A stretch of DNA of 64,000 bases, from positions 34,100,001 through 34,164,000 of the forward strand of contig OZ024752.1 in assembly GCA_964016885.1 (NCBI GenBank), in the 5' to 3' direction. Each line of letters begins with the position of its first letter. The stretch's first letter is position 1. A program made the translations under genes and the position numbers. Source of the DNA: Eledone cirrhosa. Lineage: Eukaryota. Positions 25,930-40,330 of this stretch are shown piece by piece. Under the pieces are notes generated by a model. It worked only from the letters and a program-made list of their open reading frames with translations. It did not search any database and had not been told where the DNA came from.

Positions 25930-28900
25930 ATGTCTAATGAAAGCCCTTTCATTACTGTATTTCTAATGAAAGACACTGTCTATGTGTTTAATCCTTTCAT
26001 TACTGTATGTCTAATGAAAGACACTGTCTCTGTGTTTAATCCTTTCATTGCTGTATGTCTAATGAAAGACACTGTCTATGTGTTTAACCCTTTCATTACT
26101 GTATGTCTATTGAAAGACACTGTCTATGTTGAATCCATTCATTACTGTATGTCTAATGAAAGACACTGTTTATGTGTTTAATCCTTTCATTACTGTATGT
26201 CTAATAAAAGGGACTGTCTATGTCTTTAACCCTTTCATTACTGTATGTCTAATGAAAGACACTGTCTGTGTTTAACCCTTCCATTACTGTATGTCTAATG
26301 AAAGACATTGTCTGTGTGTTTAACCCTTTCATTACTGTATGTCTAATGAAAGACACTGTCTGTGTGTTTAACCCTTTCATTACTGTATGTCTAATGAAAG
26401 ACACAGTCTATGTGTTTAATCCTTTCATTACTGTATGTCTAATGAAAGACACAGTCTGTGTGTTTAACCCTTTTATTACTGTATGTCTAATGAAAGACAC
26501 AGTCTATGTGTTTAACCCTTTCATTACTGTATGTCTAATGAAAGACACTGTCTATGTGTTTAACCCTTTCATTACTGTATGTCTAATGAAAGACACTGTC
26601 TATCTGTTTAACCCTTTCATTACTGTATGTCCAATGAAAGACACAGTCTATGTGTTTAATCCTTTCATTACTGTATGTCTAATGAAAGACACAGTTTATG
26701 TGTTTAATCCTTTCATTACTGTATGTCTAATGAAAGCCCTTTCATTACTGTATTTCTAATGAAAGACACTGTCTATGTGTTTAATCCTTTCATTACTGTA
26801 TGTCTAATGAAAGACACTGTCTCTGTGTTTAATCCTTTCATTGCTGTATGTCTAATGAAAGACACTGTCTATGTGTTTAACCCTTTCATTACTGTATGTC
26901 TATTGAAAGACACTGTCTATGTTGAATCCTTTCATTACTGTATGTCTAATGAAAGACACTGTTTATGTGTTTAATCCTTTCATTACTGTATGTCTAATAA
27001 AAGGGACTGTCTATGTGTTTAACCCTTTCATTACTGTATGTCTAATGAAAGACACTGTCTATGTGTTTAACCCTTTCATTACTGTATGTCTAATGAAAGA
27101 CACTGTCTATGTATTTAATCCTTTCATTACTGTATGTCAAATGAAAGACACTGTCTATGTCTTTAACCCTTTCATTACTGTATGTCTAATGAAAGACACT
27201 GTCTGTGTTTAACCCTTTCATTACTGTATGTCTAATGAAAGACACAGTCTATGTGTTTAATCCTTTCATTACTGTATGTCTAATGAAAGACACTGTCTAT
27301 GTGTTTAATCCTTTCATTGCTGTATGTCTAATGAAAGACACTGTCTATGTGTTTAACCCTTTCATTACTGTATGTCTATTGAAAGACACTGTCTATGTAT
27401 TTAATCCTTTCATTACTGTATGAATAATGAAAGACACTGTCTATGTGTTTAACCCTTTCATTACTGTATGTCTAATGAAAGACACTGTCTATGTCTTTAA
27501 CCCTTTCATTACTGTATGTCTAATAAAAGGGACTGTCTATGTGTTTAACCCTTTCATTACTGTATGTCTAATGAAAGACACTGTCTATGTATTTAATCCT
27601 TTCATTACTGTATGAATAATGAAAGACACTGTCTATGTGTTTAACCCTTTCATTACTGTATGTCTAATGAAAGACACTGTCTATGTCTTTAACCCTTTCA
27701 TTACTGTATGTTTAATGAAAGACACTGTCTGTGTTTAACCCTTTCATTACTGTATGTCTAATGAAAGACACTGTCTATGTCTTTAACCCTTTCATTACTG
27801 TATGTCTAATGAAAGACACTGTCTATGTGTTTAACACTTTCATTACTGTATGTCTAATGAAAGACACTGTCTATGTGTTTTACCATTTCATTACTGTATG
27901 TCTAATGAAAGACACTGTCTATGTCTTTAACCCTTTATTTACTGTATTTGTAATGAAAGACACTGTCTATGTGTTTAATCCTTTCATTACTGTATGTCTA
28001 ATGAAAGACACTGTCTATGGGTTTAACCCTTTCATTACTGTATGTCTAATGAAAGAAACTGTCTATGTCTTTAACCCTTTCATTACTGTATGTCTAATGA
28101 AAGACACTGTCTATGTCTTTAACCCTTTCATTACTGTATGTCTAATGAAAGACACTGTCTATGTATTTAATCCTTTCATTACTGTATGTCTAATGAAAGA
28201 CACTGTCTATGTCTTTAACCCTTTCATTACTGTATGTCTATTGAAAAACACTGTCTGTGTTTAATCCTTTCATTACTGTATGTCTAATGAAAGACACTGT
28301 CTCTGTGTTTAATCCTTTCATTGCTGTATGTCTAATGAAAGACACTGTCTATGTGTTTAACCCTTCACTGTCTATGTTGAATCCATTCATTACTGTATGT
28401 CTAATGAAAGACACTGTTTATGTGTTTAATCCTTTCATTACTGTATGTCTAATAAAAGGGACTGTCTATGTCTTTAACCCTTTCATTACTGTATGTCTAA
28501 TGAAAGACACTGTCTGTGTTTAACCCTTCCATTACTGTATGTCTAATGAAAGACATTGTCTGTGTGTTTAACCCTTTCATTACTGTATGTCTAATGAAAG
28601 ACACTGTCTGTGTGTTTAACCCTTTCATTACTGTATGTCTAATGAAAGACACAGTCTATGTGTTTAATCCTTTCATTACTGTATGTCTAATGAAAGACAC
28701 AGTCTATGTGTTTAACCCTTTCATTACTGTATGTCTAATGAAAGACACAGTCTATGTGTTTAACCCTTTCATTACTGTATGTCTAATGAAAGACACTGTC
28801 TATGTGTTTAACCCTTTCATTACTGTATGTCTAATGAAAGACACTGTCTATCTGTTTAACCCTTTCATTACTGTATGTCCAATGAAAGACACAGTCTATG

Positions 28901-31900
28901 TGTTTAATCCTTTCATTACTGTATGTCTAATGAAAGCCCTTTCATTACTGTATTTCTAATGAAAGACACTGTCTATGTGTTTAATCCTTTCATTACTGTA
29001 TGTCTAATGAAAGACACTGTCTCTGTGTTTAATCCTTTCATTGCTGTATGTCTAATGAAAGACACTGTCTATGTGTTTAACCCTTTCATTACTGTATGTC
29101 TATTGAAAGACACTGTCTATGTTGAATCCATTCATTACTGTATGTCTCATGAAAGACACTGTTTATGTGTTTAATCCTTTCATTACTGTATGTCTAATAA
29201 AAGGGACTGTCTATGTCTTTAACCCTTTCATTACTGTATGTCTAATGAAAGACACTGTCTGTGTTTAACCCTTCCATTACTGTATGTCTAATGAAAGACA
29301 TTGTCTGTGTGTTTAACCCTTTCATTACTGTATGTCTAATGAAAGACACTGTCTGTGTGTTTAACCCTTTCATTACTGTATGTCTAATGAAAGACACAGT
29401 CTATGTGTTTAATCCTTTCATTACTGTATGTCTAATGAAAGACACAGTCTGTGTGTTTAACCCTTTTATTACTGTATGTCTAATGAAAGACACAGTCTAT
29501 GTGTTTAACCCTTTCATTACTGTATGTCTAATGAAAGACACTGTCTATGTGTTTAACCCTTTCATTACTGTATGTCTAATGAAAGACACTGTCTATCTGT
29601 TTAACCCTTTCATTACTGTATGTCCAATGAAAGACACAGTCTATGTGTTTAATCCTTTCATTACTGTATGTCTAATGAAAGACACAGTCTATGTGTTTAA
29701 TCCTTTCATTACTGTATGTCTAATGAAAGACACTGTCTATGTGTTTAACCCTTTCATTACTGTATGTCTAATGAAAGACACAGTCTATGTGTTTAACACT
29801 TTCATTACTGTATGTCTAATGAAAGACACAGTTTATGTGTTTAATCCTTTCATTACTGTATGTCTAATGAAAGCCCTTTCATTACTGTATTTCTAATGAA
29901 AGACACTGTCTATGTGTTTAATCCTTTCATTACTGTATGTCTAATGAAAGACACTGTCTCTGTGTTTAATCCTTTCATTGCTGTATGTCTAATGAAAGAC
30001 ACTGTCTATGTGTTTAACCCTTTCATTACTGTATGTCTATTGAAAGACACTGTCTATGTTGAATCCTTTCATTACTGTATGTCTAATGAAAGACACTGTT
30101 TATGTGTTTAATCCTTTCATTACTGTATGTCTAATAAAAGGGACTGTCTATGTGTTTAACCCTTTCATTACTGTATGTCTAATGAAAGACTCTGTCTATG
30201 TGTTTAACCCTTTCATTACTGTATGTCTAATGAAAGACACTGTCTATGTATTTAATCCTTTCATTACTGTATGTCAAATGAAAGACACTGTCTATGTCTT
30301 TAACCCTTTCATTACTGTATGTCTAATGAAAGACACTGTCTGTGTTTAACCCTTTCATTACTGTATGTCTAATGAAAGACACAGTCTATGTGTTTAATCC
30401 TTTCATTACTGTATGTCTAATGAAAGACACTGTCTATGTGTTTAATCCTTTCATTGCTGTATGTCTAATGAAAGACACTGTCTATGTGTTTAACCCTTTC
30501 ATTACTGTATGTCTATTGAAAGACACTGTCTATGTATTTAATCCTTTCATTACTGTATAAATAATGAAAGACACTGTCTATGTGTTTAACCCTTTCATTA
30601 CTGTATGTCTAATGAAAGACACTGTCTATGTCTTTAACCCTTTCATTACTGTATGTCTAATAAAAGGGACTGTCTATGTGTTTAACCCTTTCATTACTGT
30701 ATGTCTAATGAAAGACACTGTCTATGTATTTAATCCTTTCATTACTGTATGAATAATGAAAGACACTGTCTATGTGTTTAACCCTTTCATTACTGTATGT
30801 CTAATGAAAGACACTGTCTATGTCTTTAACCCTTTCATTACTGTATGTTTAATGAAAGACACTGTCTGTGTTTAACCCTTTCATTACTGTATGTCTAATG
30901 AAAGACACTGTCTATGTGTTTAATCCTTTCATTACTGTATGTCTAATGAAAGACACTGTCTATGTCTTTAACCCTTTCATTACTGTATGTCTAATGAAAG
31001 ACACTGTCTATGTGTTTAACACTTTCATTACTGTATGTCTAATGAAAGACACTGTCTATGTGTTTTACCATTTCATTACTGTATGTCTAATGAAAGACAC
31101 TGTCTATGTCTTTAACCCTTTATTTACTGTATTTGTAATGAAAGACACTGTCTATGTGTTTAATCCTTTCATTACTGTATGTCTAATGAAAGACACTGTC
31201 TATGGGTTTAACCCTTTCATTACTGTATGTCTAATGAAAGAAACTGTCTATGTCTTTAACCCTTTCATTACTGTATGTCTAATGAAAGACACTGTCTATG
31301 TCTTTAACCCTTTCATTACTGTATGTCTAATGAAAGACACTGTCTATGTATTTAATCCTTTCATTACTGTATGTCTAATGAAAGACACTGTCTATGTCTT
31401 TAACCCTTTCATTACTGTATGTCTATTGAAAAACTCTGTCTGTGTTTAATCCTTTCATTACTGTATGTCTAATGAAAGACACTGTCTCTGTGTTTAATCC
31501 TTTCATTGCTGTATGTCTAATGAAAGACACTGTCTATGTGTTTAACCCTTTCATTACTGTATGTCTATTGAAAGACACTGTCTATGTTGAATCCATTCAT
31601 TACTGTATGTCTAATGAAAGACACTGTTTATGTGTTTAATCCTTTCATTACTGTATGTCTAATAAAAGGGACTGTCTATGTCTTTAACCCTTTCATTACT
31701 GTATGTCTAATGAAAGACACTGTCTGTGTTTAACCCTTCCATTACTGTATGTCTAATGAAAGACATTGTCTGTGTGTTTAACCCTTTCATTACTGTATGT
31801 CTAATGAAAGACACTGTCTGTGTGTTTAACCCTTTCATTACTGTATGTCTAATGAAAGACACAGTCTATGTGTTTAATCCTTTCATTACTGTATGTCTAA

Positions 31901-34900
31901 TGAAAGACACAGTCTATGTGTTTAACCCTTTCATTACTGTATGTCTAATGAAAGACACAGTCTATGTGTTTAACCCTTTCATTACTGTATGTCTAATGAA
32001 AGACACTGTCTATGTGTTTAACCCTTTCATTACTGTATGTCTAATGAAAGACACTGTCTATCTGTTTAACCCTTTCATTACTGTATGTCCAATGAAAGAC
32101 ACAGTCTATGTGTTTAATCCTTTCATTACTGTATGTCTAATGAAAGCCCTTTCATTACTGTATTTCTAATGAAAGACACTGTCTATGTGTTTAATCCTTT
32201 CATTACTGTATGTCTAATGAAAGACACTGTCTCTGTGTTTAATCCTTTCATTGCTGTATGTCTAATGAAAGACACTGTCTATGTGTTTAACCCTTTCATT
32301 ACTGTATGTCTATTGAAAGACACTGTCTATGTTGAATCCATTCATTACTGTATGTCTCATGAAAGACACTGTTTATGTGTTTAATCCTTTCATTACTGTA
32401 TGTCTAATAAAAGGGACTGTCTATGTCTTTAACCCTTTCATTACTGTATGTCTAATGAAAGACACTGTCTGTGTTTAACCCTTCCATTACTGTATGTCTA
32501 ATGAAAGACATTGTCTGTGTGTTTAACCCTTTCATTACTGTATGTCTAATGAAAGACACTGTCTGTGTGTTTAACCCTTTCATTACTGTATGTCTAATGA
32601 AAGACACAGTCTATGTGTTTAATCCTTTCATTACTGTATGTCTAATGAAAGACACAGTCTGTGTGTTTAACCCTTTTATTACTGTATGTCTAATGAAAGA
32701 CACAGTCTATGTGTTTAACCCTTTCATTACTGTATGTCTAATGAAAGACACTGTCTATGTGTTTAACCCTTTCATTACTGTATGTCTAATGAAAGACACT
32801 GTCTATCTGTTTAACCCTTTCATTACTGTATGTCCAATGAAAGACACAGTCTATGTGTTTAATCCTTTCATTACTGTATGTCTAATGAAAGACACAGTCT
32901 ATGTGTTTAATCCTTTCATTACTGTATGTCTAATGAAAGACACTGTCTATGTGTTTAACCCTTTCATTACTGTATGTCTAATGAAAGACACAGTCTATGT
33001 GTTTAACCCTTTCATTACTGTATGTCTAATGAAAGACACAGTTTATGTGTTTAATCCTTTCATTACTGTATGTCTAATGAAAGCCCTTTCATTACTGTAT
33101 TTCTAATGAAAGACACTGTCTATGTGTTTAATCCTTTCATTACTGTATGTCTAATGAAAGACACTGTCTCTGTGTTTAATCCTTTCATTGCTGTATGTCT
33201 AATGAAAGACACTGTCTATGTGTTTAACCCTTTCATTACTGTATGTCTATTGAAAGACACTGTCTATGTTGAATCCTTTCATTACTGTATGTCTAATGAA
33301 AGACACTGTTTATGTGTTTAATCCTTTCATTACTGTATGTCTAATAAAAGGGACTGTCTATGTGTTTAACCCTTTCATTACTGTATGTCTAATGAAAGAC
33401 TCTGTCTATGTGTTTAACCCTTTCATTACTGTATGTCTAATGAAAGACACTGTCTATGTATTTAATCCTTTCATTACTGTATGTCAAATGAAAGACACTG
33501 TCTATGTCTTTAACCCTTTCATTACTGTATGTCTAATGAAAGACACTGTCTGTGTTTAACCCTTTCATTACTGTATGTCTAATGAAAGACACAGTCTATG
33601 TGTTTAATCCTTTCATTACTGTATGTCTAATGAAAGACACTGTCTATGTGTTTAATCCTTTCATTGCTGTATGTCTAATGAAAGACACTGTCTATGTGTT
33701 TAACCCTTTCATTACTGTATGTCTATTGAAAGACACTGTCTATGTATTTAATCCTTTCATTACTGTATGAATAATGAAAGACACTGTCTATGTGTTTAAC
33801 CCTTTCATTACTGTATGTCTAATGAAAGACACTGTCTATGTCTTTAACCCTTTCATTACTGTATGTCTAATAAAAGGGACTGTCTATGTGTTTAACCCTT
33901 TCATTACTGTATGTCTAATGAAAGACACTGTCTATGTATTTAATCCTTTCATTACTGTATGAATAATGAAAGACACTGTCTATGTGTTTAACCCTTTCAT
34001 TACTGTATGTCTAATGAAAGACACTGTCTATGTCTTTAACCCTTTCATTACTGTATGTTTAATGAAAGACACTGTCTGTGTTTAACCCTTTCATTACTGT
34101 ATGTCTAATGAAAGACACTGTCTATGTGTTTAATCCTTTCATTACTGTATGTCTAATGAAAGACACTGTCTATGTCTTTAACCCTTTCATTACTGTATGT
34201 CTAATGAAAGACACTGTCTATGTGTTTAACACTTTCATTACTGTATGTCTAATGAAAGACACTGTCTATGTGTTTTACCATTTCATTACTGTATGTCTAA
34301 TGAAAGACACTGTCTATGTCTTTAACCCTTTATTTACTGTATTTGTAATGAAAGACACTGTCTATGTGTTTAATCCTTTCATTACTGTATGTCTAATGAA
34401 AGACACTGTCTATGGGTTTAACCCTTTCATTACTGTATGTCTAATGAAAGAAACTGTCTATGTCTTTAACCCTTTCATTACTGTATGTCTAATGAAAGAC
34501 ACTGTCTATGTCTTTAACCCTTTCATTACTGTATGTCTAATGAAAGACACTGTCTATGTATTTAATCCTTTCATTACTGTATGTCTAATGAAAGACACTG
34601 TCTATGTCTTTAACCCTTTCATTACTGTATGTCTATTGAAAAACTCTGTCTGTGTTTAATCCTTTCATTACTGTATGTCTAATGAAAGACACTGTCTCTG
34701 TGTTTAATCCTTTCATTGCTGTATGTCTAATGAAAGACACTGTCTATGTGTTTAACCCTTTCATTACTGTATGTCTATTGAAAGACACTGTCTATGTTGA
34801 ATCCATTCATTACTGTATGTCTAATGAAAGACACTGTTTATGTGTTTAATCCTTTCATTACTGTATGTCTAATAAAAGGGACTGTCTATGTCTTTAACCC

Positions 34901-35300
34901 TTTCATTACTGTATGTCTAATGAAAGACACTGTCTGTGTTTAACCCTTCCATTACTGTATGTCTAATGAAAGACATTGTCTGTGTGTTTAACCCTTTCAT
35001 TACTGTATGTCTAATGAAAGACACTGTCTGTGTGTTTAACCCTTTCATTACTGTATATCTAATGAAAGACACAGTCTATGTGTTTAATCCTTTCATTACT
35101 GTATGTCTAATGAAAGACACAGTCTATGTGTTTAACCCTTTCATTACTGTATGTCTAATGAAAGACACTGTCTATGTGTTTAACCCTTTCATTACTGTAT
35201 GTCTAATGAAAGACACTGTCTATCTGTTTAACCCTTTCATTACTGTATGTCCAATGAAAGACACAGTCTATGTGTTTAATCCTTTCATTACTGTATGTCT
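25930..35300 (+). repeat. ~3.2-kb (68-monomer, 3210-bp) higher-order repeat, about 3 tandem copies, the first slightly shorter
   Basis: ORF starts 28516/31726/34936, 28923/32133, 29261/32471, 29860/33070, 30342/33552, 30868/34078 and 31442/34652 differ by 3210 = 68x48 - 2x19 - 8x2. The preceding copy aligns at offsets 2993-3185. Confidence 0.9.
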
Positions 35301-37586
35301 AATGAAAGACACAGTCTATGTGTTTAATCCTTTCATTACTGTATGTCTAATGAAAGACACTGTCTATGTCTTTAACCCTTTATTTACTGTATTTATAATG
35401 AAAGATACTGTCTATGTGTTTAATTCTTTCATTACTGTATGTCTATTGAAAGACACTGTCTATGTTTAATCCTTTCATTACTGTATGTCTAATGAAAGAC
35501 ACAGTCTATGTGTTTAATCCTTTCATTACTGTATGTCTAATGAAAGACACTGTCTATGTCTTTAACCCTTTATTTACTGTATTTATAATGAAAGACACTG
35601 TCTCTGTGTTTAATCCTTTCATTGCTGTATGTCTAATGAAAGACACTGTCTATGTGTTTAACCCTTTCATTACTGTATGTCTATGGAAAGACACTGTCTA
35701 TGTTGAATCCTTTCATTACTGTATGTCTAATGAAAGACACTGTCTGTGTGTTTAACCCTTTCATTACTGTATGTCTATTGAAAGACACTGTCTATGTATT
35801 TAATCCTTTCATTACTGTATGAATAATGAAAGACACTGTCTATGTGTTTAACCCTTTCATTACTGTATGTCTAATGAAAGACACTGTCTATGTCTTTAAC
35901 CCTTTCATTACTGTATGTCTAATAAAAGGGACTGTCTATGTGTATAACCCTTTCATTACTGTATGTCTAATGAAAGACACTGTCTATGTATTTAATCCTT
36001 TCATTACTGTATGAATAATGAAAGACACTGTCTATGTGTTTAACCCTTTCATTACTGTATGTCTAATGAAAGACACTGTCTATGTCTTTAACCCTTTCAT
36101 TACTGTATGTTTAATGAAAGACACTGTCTGTGTTTAACCCTTTCATTACTGTATGTCTAATGAAAGACACTGTCTATGTGTTTAATCCTTTCATTACTGT
36201 ATGTCTAATGAAAGACACTGTCTATGTCTTTAACCCTTTCATTACTGTATGTCTAATGAAAGACACTGTCTATGTGTTTAACACTTTCATTACTGTATGT
36301 CTAATGAAAGACACTGTCTATGTGTTTTACCATTTCATTACTGTATGTCTAATGAAAGACACTGTCTATGTCTTTAACCCTTTATTTACTGTATTTGTAA
36401 TGAAAGACACTGTCTATGTGTTTAATCCTTTCATTACTGTATGTCTAATGAAAGACACTGTCTATGGGTTTAACCCTTTCATTACTGTATGTCTAATGAA
36501 AGAAACTGTCTATGTCTTTAACCCTTTCATTACTGTATGTCTAATGAAAGACACTGTCTATGTCTTTAACCCTTTCATTACTGTATGTCTAATGAAAGAC
36601 ACTGTCTATGTATTTAATCCTTTCATTACTGTATGTCTAATGAAAGACACTGTCTATGTCTTTAACCCTTTCATTACTGTATGTCTATTGAAAAACACTG
36701 TCTGTGTTTAACCCTTTCATTACTGTATGTCTAATGAAAGACATTGTCTGTGTGTTTAACCCTTTCATTACTGTATGTCTAATGAAAGACACTGTCTATG
36801 TGTTTAACCCTTTCATTACTGTATGTCTATTGAAAGACACTGTCTATGTTGAATCCATTCATTACTGTATGTCTAATGAAAGACACTGTTTATGTGTTTA
36901 ATCCTTTCATTACTGTATGTCTAATAAAAGGGACTGTCTATGTCTTTAACCCTTTCATTACTGTATGTCTAATGAAAGACACTGTCTGTGTTTAACCCTT
37001 CCATTACTGTATGTCTAATGAAAGACATTGTCTGTGTGTTTAACCCTTTCATTACTGTATGTCTAATGAAAGACACTGTCTGTGTGTTTAACCCTTTCAT
37101 TACTGTATGTCTAATGAAAGACACAGTCTATGTGTTTAATCCTTTCATTACTGTATGTCTAATGAAAGACACAGTCTATGTGTTTAACCCTTTTATTACT
37201 GTATGTCTAATGAAAGACACAGTCTATGTGTTTAACCCTTTCATTACTGTATGTCTAATGAAAGACACTGTCTATGTGTTTAACCCTTTCATTACTGTAT
37301 GTCTAATGAAAGACACTGTCTATCTGTTTAACCCTTTCATTACTGTATGTCTAATGAAAGACACAGTCTATGTGTTTAATCCTTTCATTACTGTATGTCT
37401 AATGAAAGACACTGTCTATGTGTTTAACCCTTTCATTACTGTATGTCTAATGAAAGACACAGTCTATGTGTTTAACCCTTTCATTACTGTATGTCTAATG
37501 AAAGACACAGTCTATGTGTTTAACCCTTTCATTACTGTATGTCTAATGAAAGACACAGTCTATGTGTTTAATCCTTTCATTACTGT

Positions 37587-39900
37587 ATGTCTAATGAAAG
37601 CCCTTTCATTACTGTATATCTAATGAAAGACACTGTCTATGTGTTTAATCCTTTCATTACTGTATGTCTAATGAAAGACACTGTCTCTGTGTTTAATCCT
37701 TTCATTGCTGTATGTCTAATGAAAGACACTGTCTATGTGTTTAACCCTTTCATTACTGTATATCTATTGAAAGACACTGTCTATGTTGAATCCTTTCATT
37801 ACTGTATGTCTAATGAAAGACACTGTTTATGTGTTTAATCCTTTCATTACTGTATGTCTAATAAAAGGGACTGTCTATGTGTTAAACCCTTTCATTTCAT
37901 TACTGTATGTCTAATGAAAGACACTGTCTATGTGTTTAACCCTTTCATTACTGTATGTCTAATGAAAGACACTGTCTATGTATTTAATCCTTTCATTACT
38001 GTATGTCAAATGAAAGACACTGTCTATGTCTTTAACCCTTTCATTACTGTATGTCTAATGAAAGACACTGTCTGTGTTTAACCCTTTCATTACTGTATGT
38101 CTAATGAAAGACACAGTCTATGTGTTTAATCCTTTCATTACTGTATGTCTAATGAAAGACACTGTCTATGTGTTTAATCCTTTCATTGCTGTATGTCTAA
38201 TGAAAGACACTGTCTATGTGTTTAACCCTTTCATTACTGTATGTCTATTGAAAGACACTGTCTATGTTGAATCCTTTCATTACTGTATGTCTAATGAAAG
38301 ACACAGTCTATGTGTTTAACCCTTTCATTACTGTATGTCTAATGAAAGACACAGTCTATGTGTTTAACCCTTTCATTACTGTATGTCTAATGAAAGACAC
38401 AGTCTATGTGTTTAATCCTTTCATTACTGTATGTCTAATGAAAGCCCTTTCATTACTGTATATCTAATGAAAGACACTGTCTATGTGTTTAATCCTTTCA
38501 TTACTGTATGTCTAATGAAAGACACTGTCTCTGTGTTTAATCCTTTCATTGCTGTATGTCTAATGAAAGACACTGTCTATGTGTTTAACCCTTTCATTAC
38601 TGTATATCTATTGAAAGACACTGTCTATGTTGAATCCTTTCATTACTGTATGTCTAATGAAAGACACTGTTTATGTGTTTAATCCTTTCATTACTGTATG
38701 TCTAATAAAAGGGACTGTCTATGTGTTTAACCCTTTCATTACTGTATGTCTAATGAAAGACACTGTCTATGTGTTTAACCCTTTCATTACTGTATGTCTA
38801 ATGAAAGACACTGTCTATGTATTTAATCCTTTCATTACTGTATGTCAAATGAAAGACACTGTCTATGTCTTTAACCCTTTCATTACTGTATGTCTAATGA
38901 AAGACACTGTCTGTGTTTAACCCTTTCATTACTGTATGTCTAATGAAAGACACAGTCTATGTGTTTAATCCTTTCATTACTGTATGTCTAATGAAAGACA
39001 CTGTCTATGTGTTTAATCCTTTCATTGCTGTATGTCTAATGAAAGACACTGTCTATGTGTTTAACCCTTTCATTACTGTATGTCTATTGAAAGACACTGT
39101 CTATGTTGAATCCTTTCATTACTGTATGTCTAATGAAAGACACAGTCTATGTGTTTAACCCTTTCATTACTGTATGTCTAATGAAAGACACAGTCTATGT
39201 GTTTAACCCTTTCATTACTGTATGTCTAATGAAAGACACAGTCTATGTGTTTAATCCTTTCATTACTGTATGTCTAATGAAAGCCCTTTCATTACTGTAT
39301 TTCTAATGAAAGACACTGTCTATGTGTTTAATGCTTTCATTACTGTATGTCTAATGAAAGACACTGTCTCTGTGTTTAATCCTTTCATTGCTGTATGTCT
39401 AATGAAAGACACTGTCTATATGTTTAACCCTTTCATTACTGTATGTCTATTGAAAGACACTGTCTATGTTGAATCCTTTCATTACTGTATGTCTAATGAA
39501 AGACACTGTTTATGTGTTTAATCCTTTCATTACTGTATGTCTAATAAAAGGGACTGTCTATGTGTTTAACCCTTTCATTACTGTATGTCTAATGAAAGAC
39601 ACTGTCTATGTGTTTAACCCTTTCATTACTGTATGTCTAATGAAAGACACTGTCTATGTATTTAATCCTTTCATTACTGTATGTCAAATGAAAGACACTG
39701 TCTATGTCTTTAATCCTTTCATTACTGTATGTCTAATGAAAGACACTGTCTGTGTTTAACCCTTTCATTACTGTATGTCTAATGAAAGACACAGTCTATG
39801 TGTTTAATCCTTTCATTACTGTATGTCTAATGAAAGACACTGTCTATGTGTTTAATCCTTTCATTGCTGTATGTCTAATGAAAGACACTGTCTATGTGTT
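37587..39900 (+). repeat. 839-bp (18-monomer) higher-order repeat, ~2.7 tandem copies; same spacing at 41209/42048 and 47389/48228
   Basis: 19-bp-deletion markers at ORF starts 37587, 38431 (+844, includes a 5-bp duplication) and 39270 (+839); 839 = 18x48 - 19 - 3x2. A 791-bp (17-mer) version lies at 50434/51225. Confidence 0.87.
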
Positions 39901-40330
39901 TAACCCTTTCATTACTGTATGTCTAATGAAAGACACTGTCGATGTCTTTAACCCTTTCATTACTGTATGTCTAATGAAAGACACTGTCTATGTCTTTAAC
40001 CCTTTATTTACTGTATTTATAATGAAAGATACTGTCTATGTGTTTAATTCTTTCATTACTGTATGTCTATTGAAAGACACTGTCTATGTTTAATACTTTC
40101 ATTATTGTATGTCTAATGAAAGACACTGTTTATGTGTTTAATCCTTTCATTACTGTATGTCTAATGAAAGACACTGTCTGTGTGTTTAACCCTTTCATTA
40201 CTGTATGTCTAATGAAAGAAACTTTCTATGTCTTTAACCCTTTCATTACTGTATGTCTAATGAAAGACACTGTCGATGTCTTTAACCCTTTCATTACTGT
40301 ATGTCTAACGAAAGACACTGTCTATGTCTT
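38300..40330 (+). repeat. ~2-kb block duplicated at ~41080-43110 (offset 2778)
   Basis: ORF starts 38431/41209, 38627/41405, 38913/41691, 39270/42048, 39752/42530 and 40086/42864 differ by 2778. Ends approximate. Confidence 0.87.
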
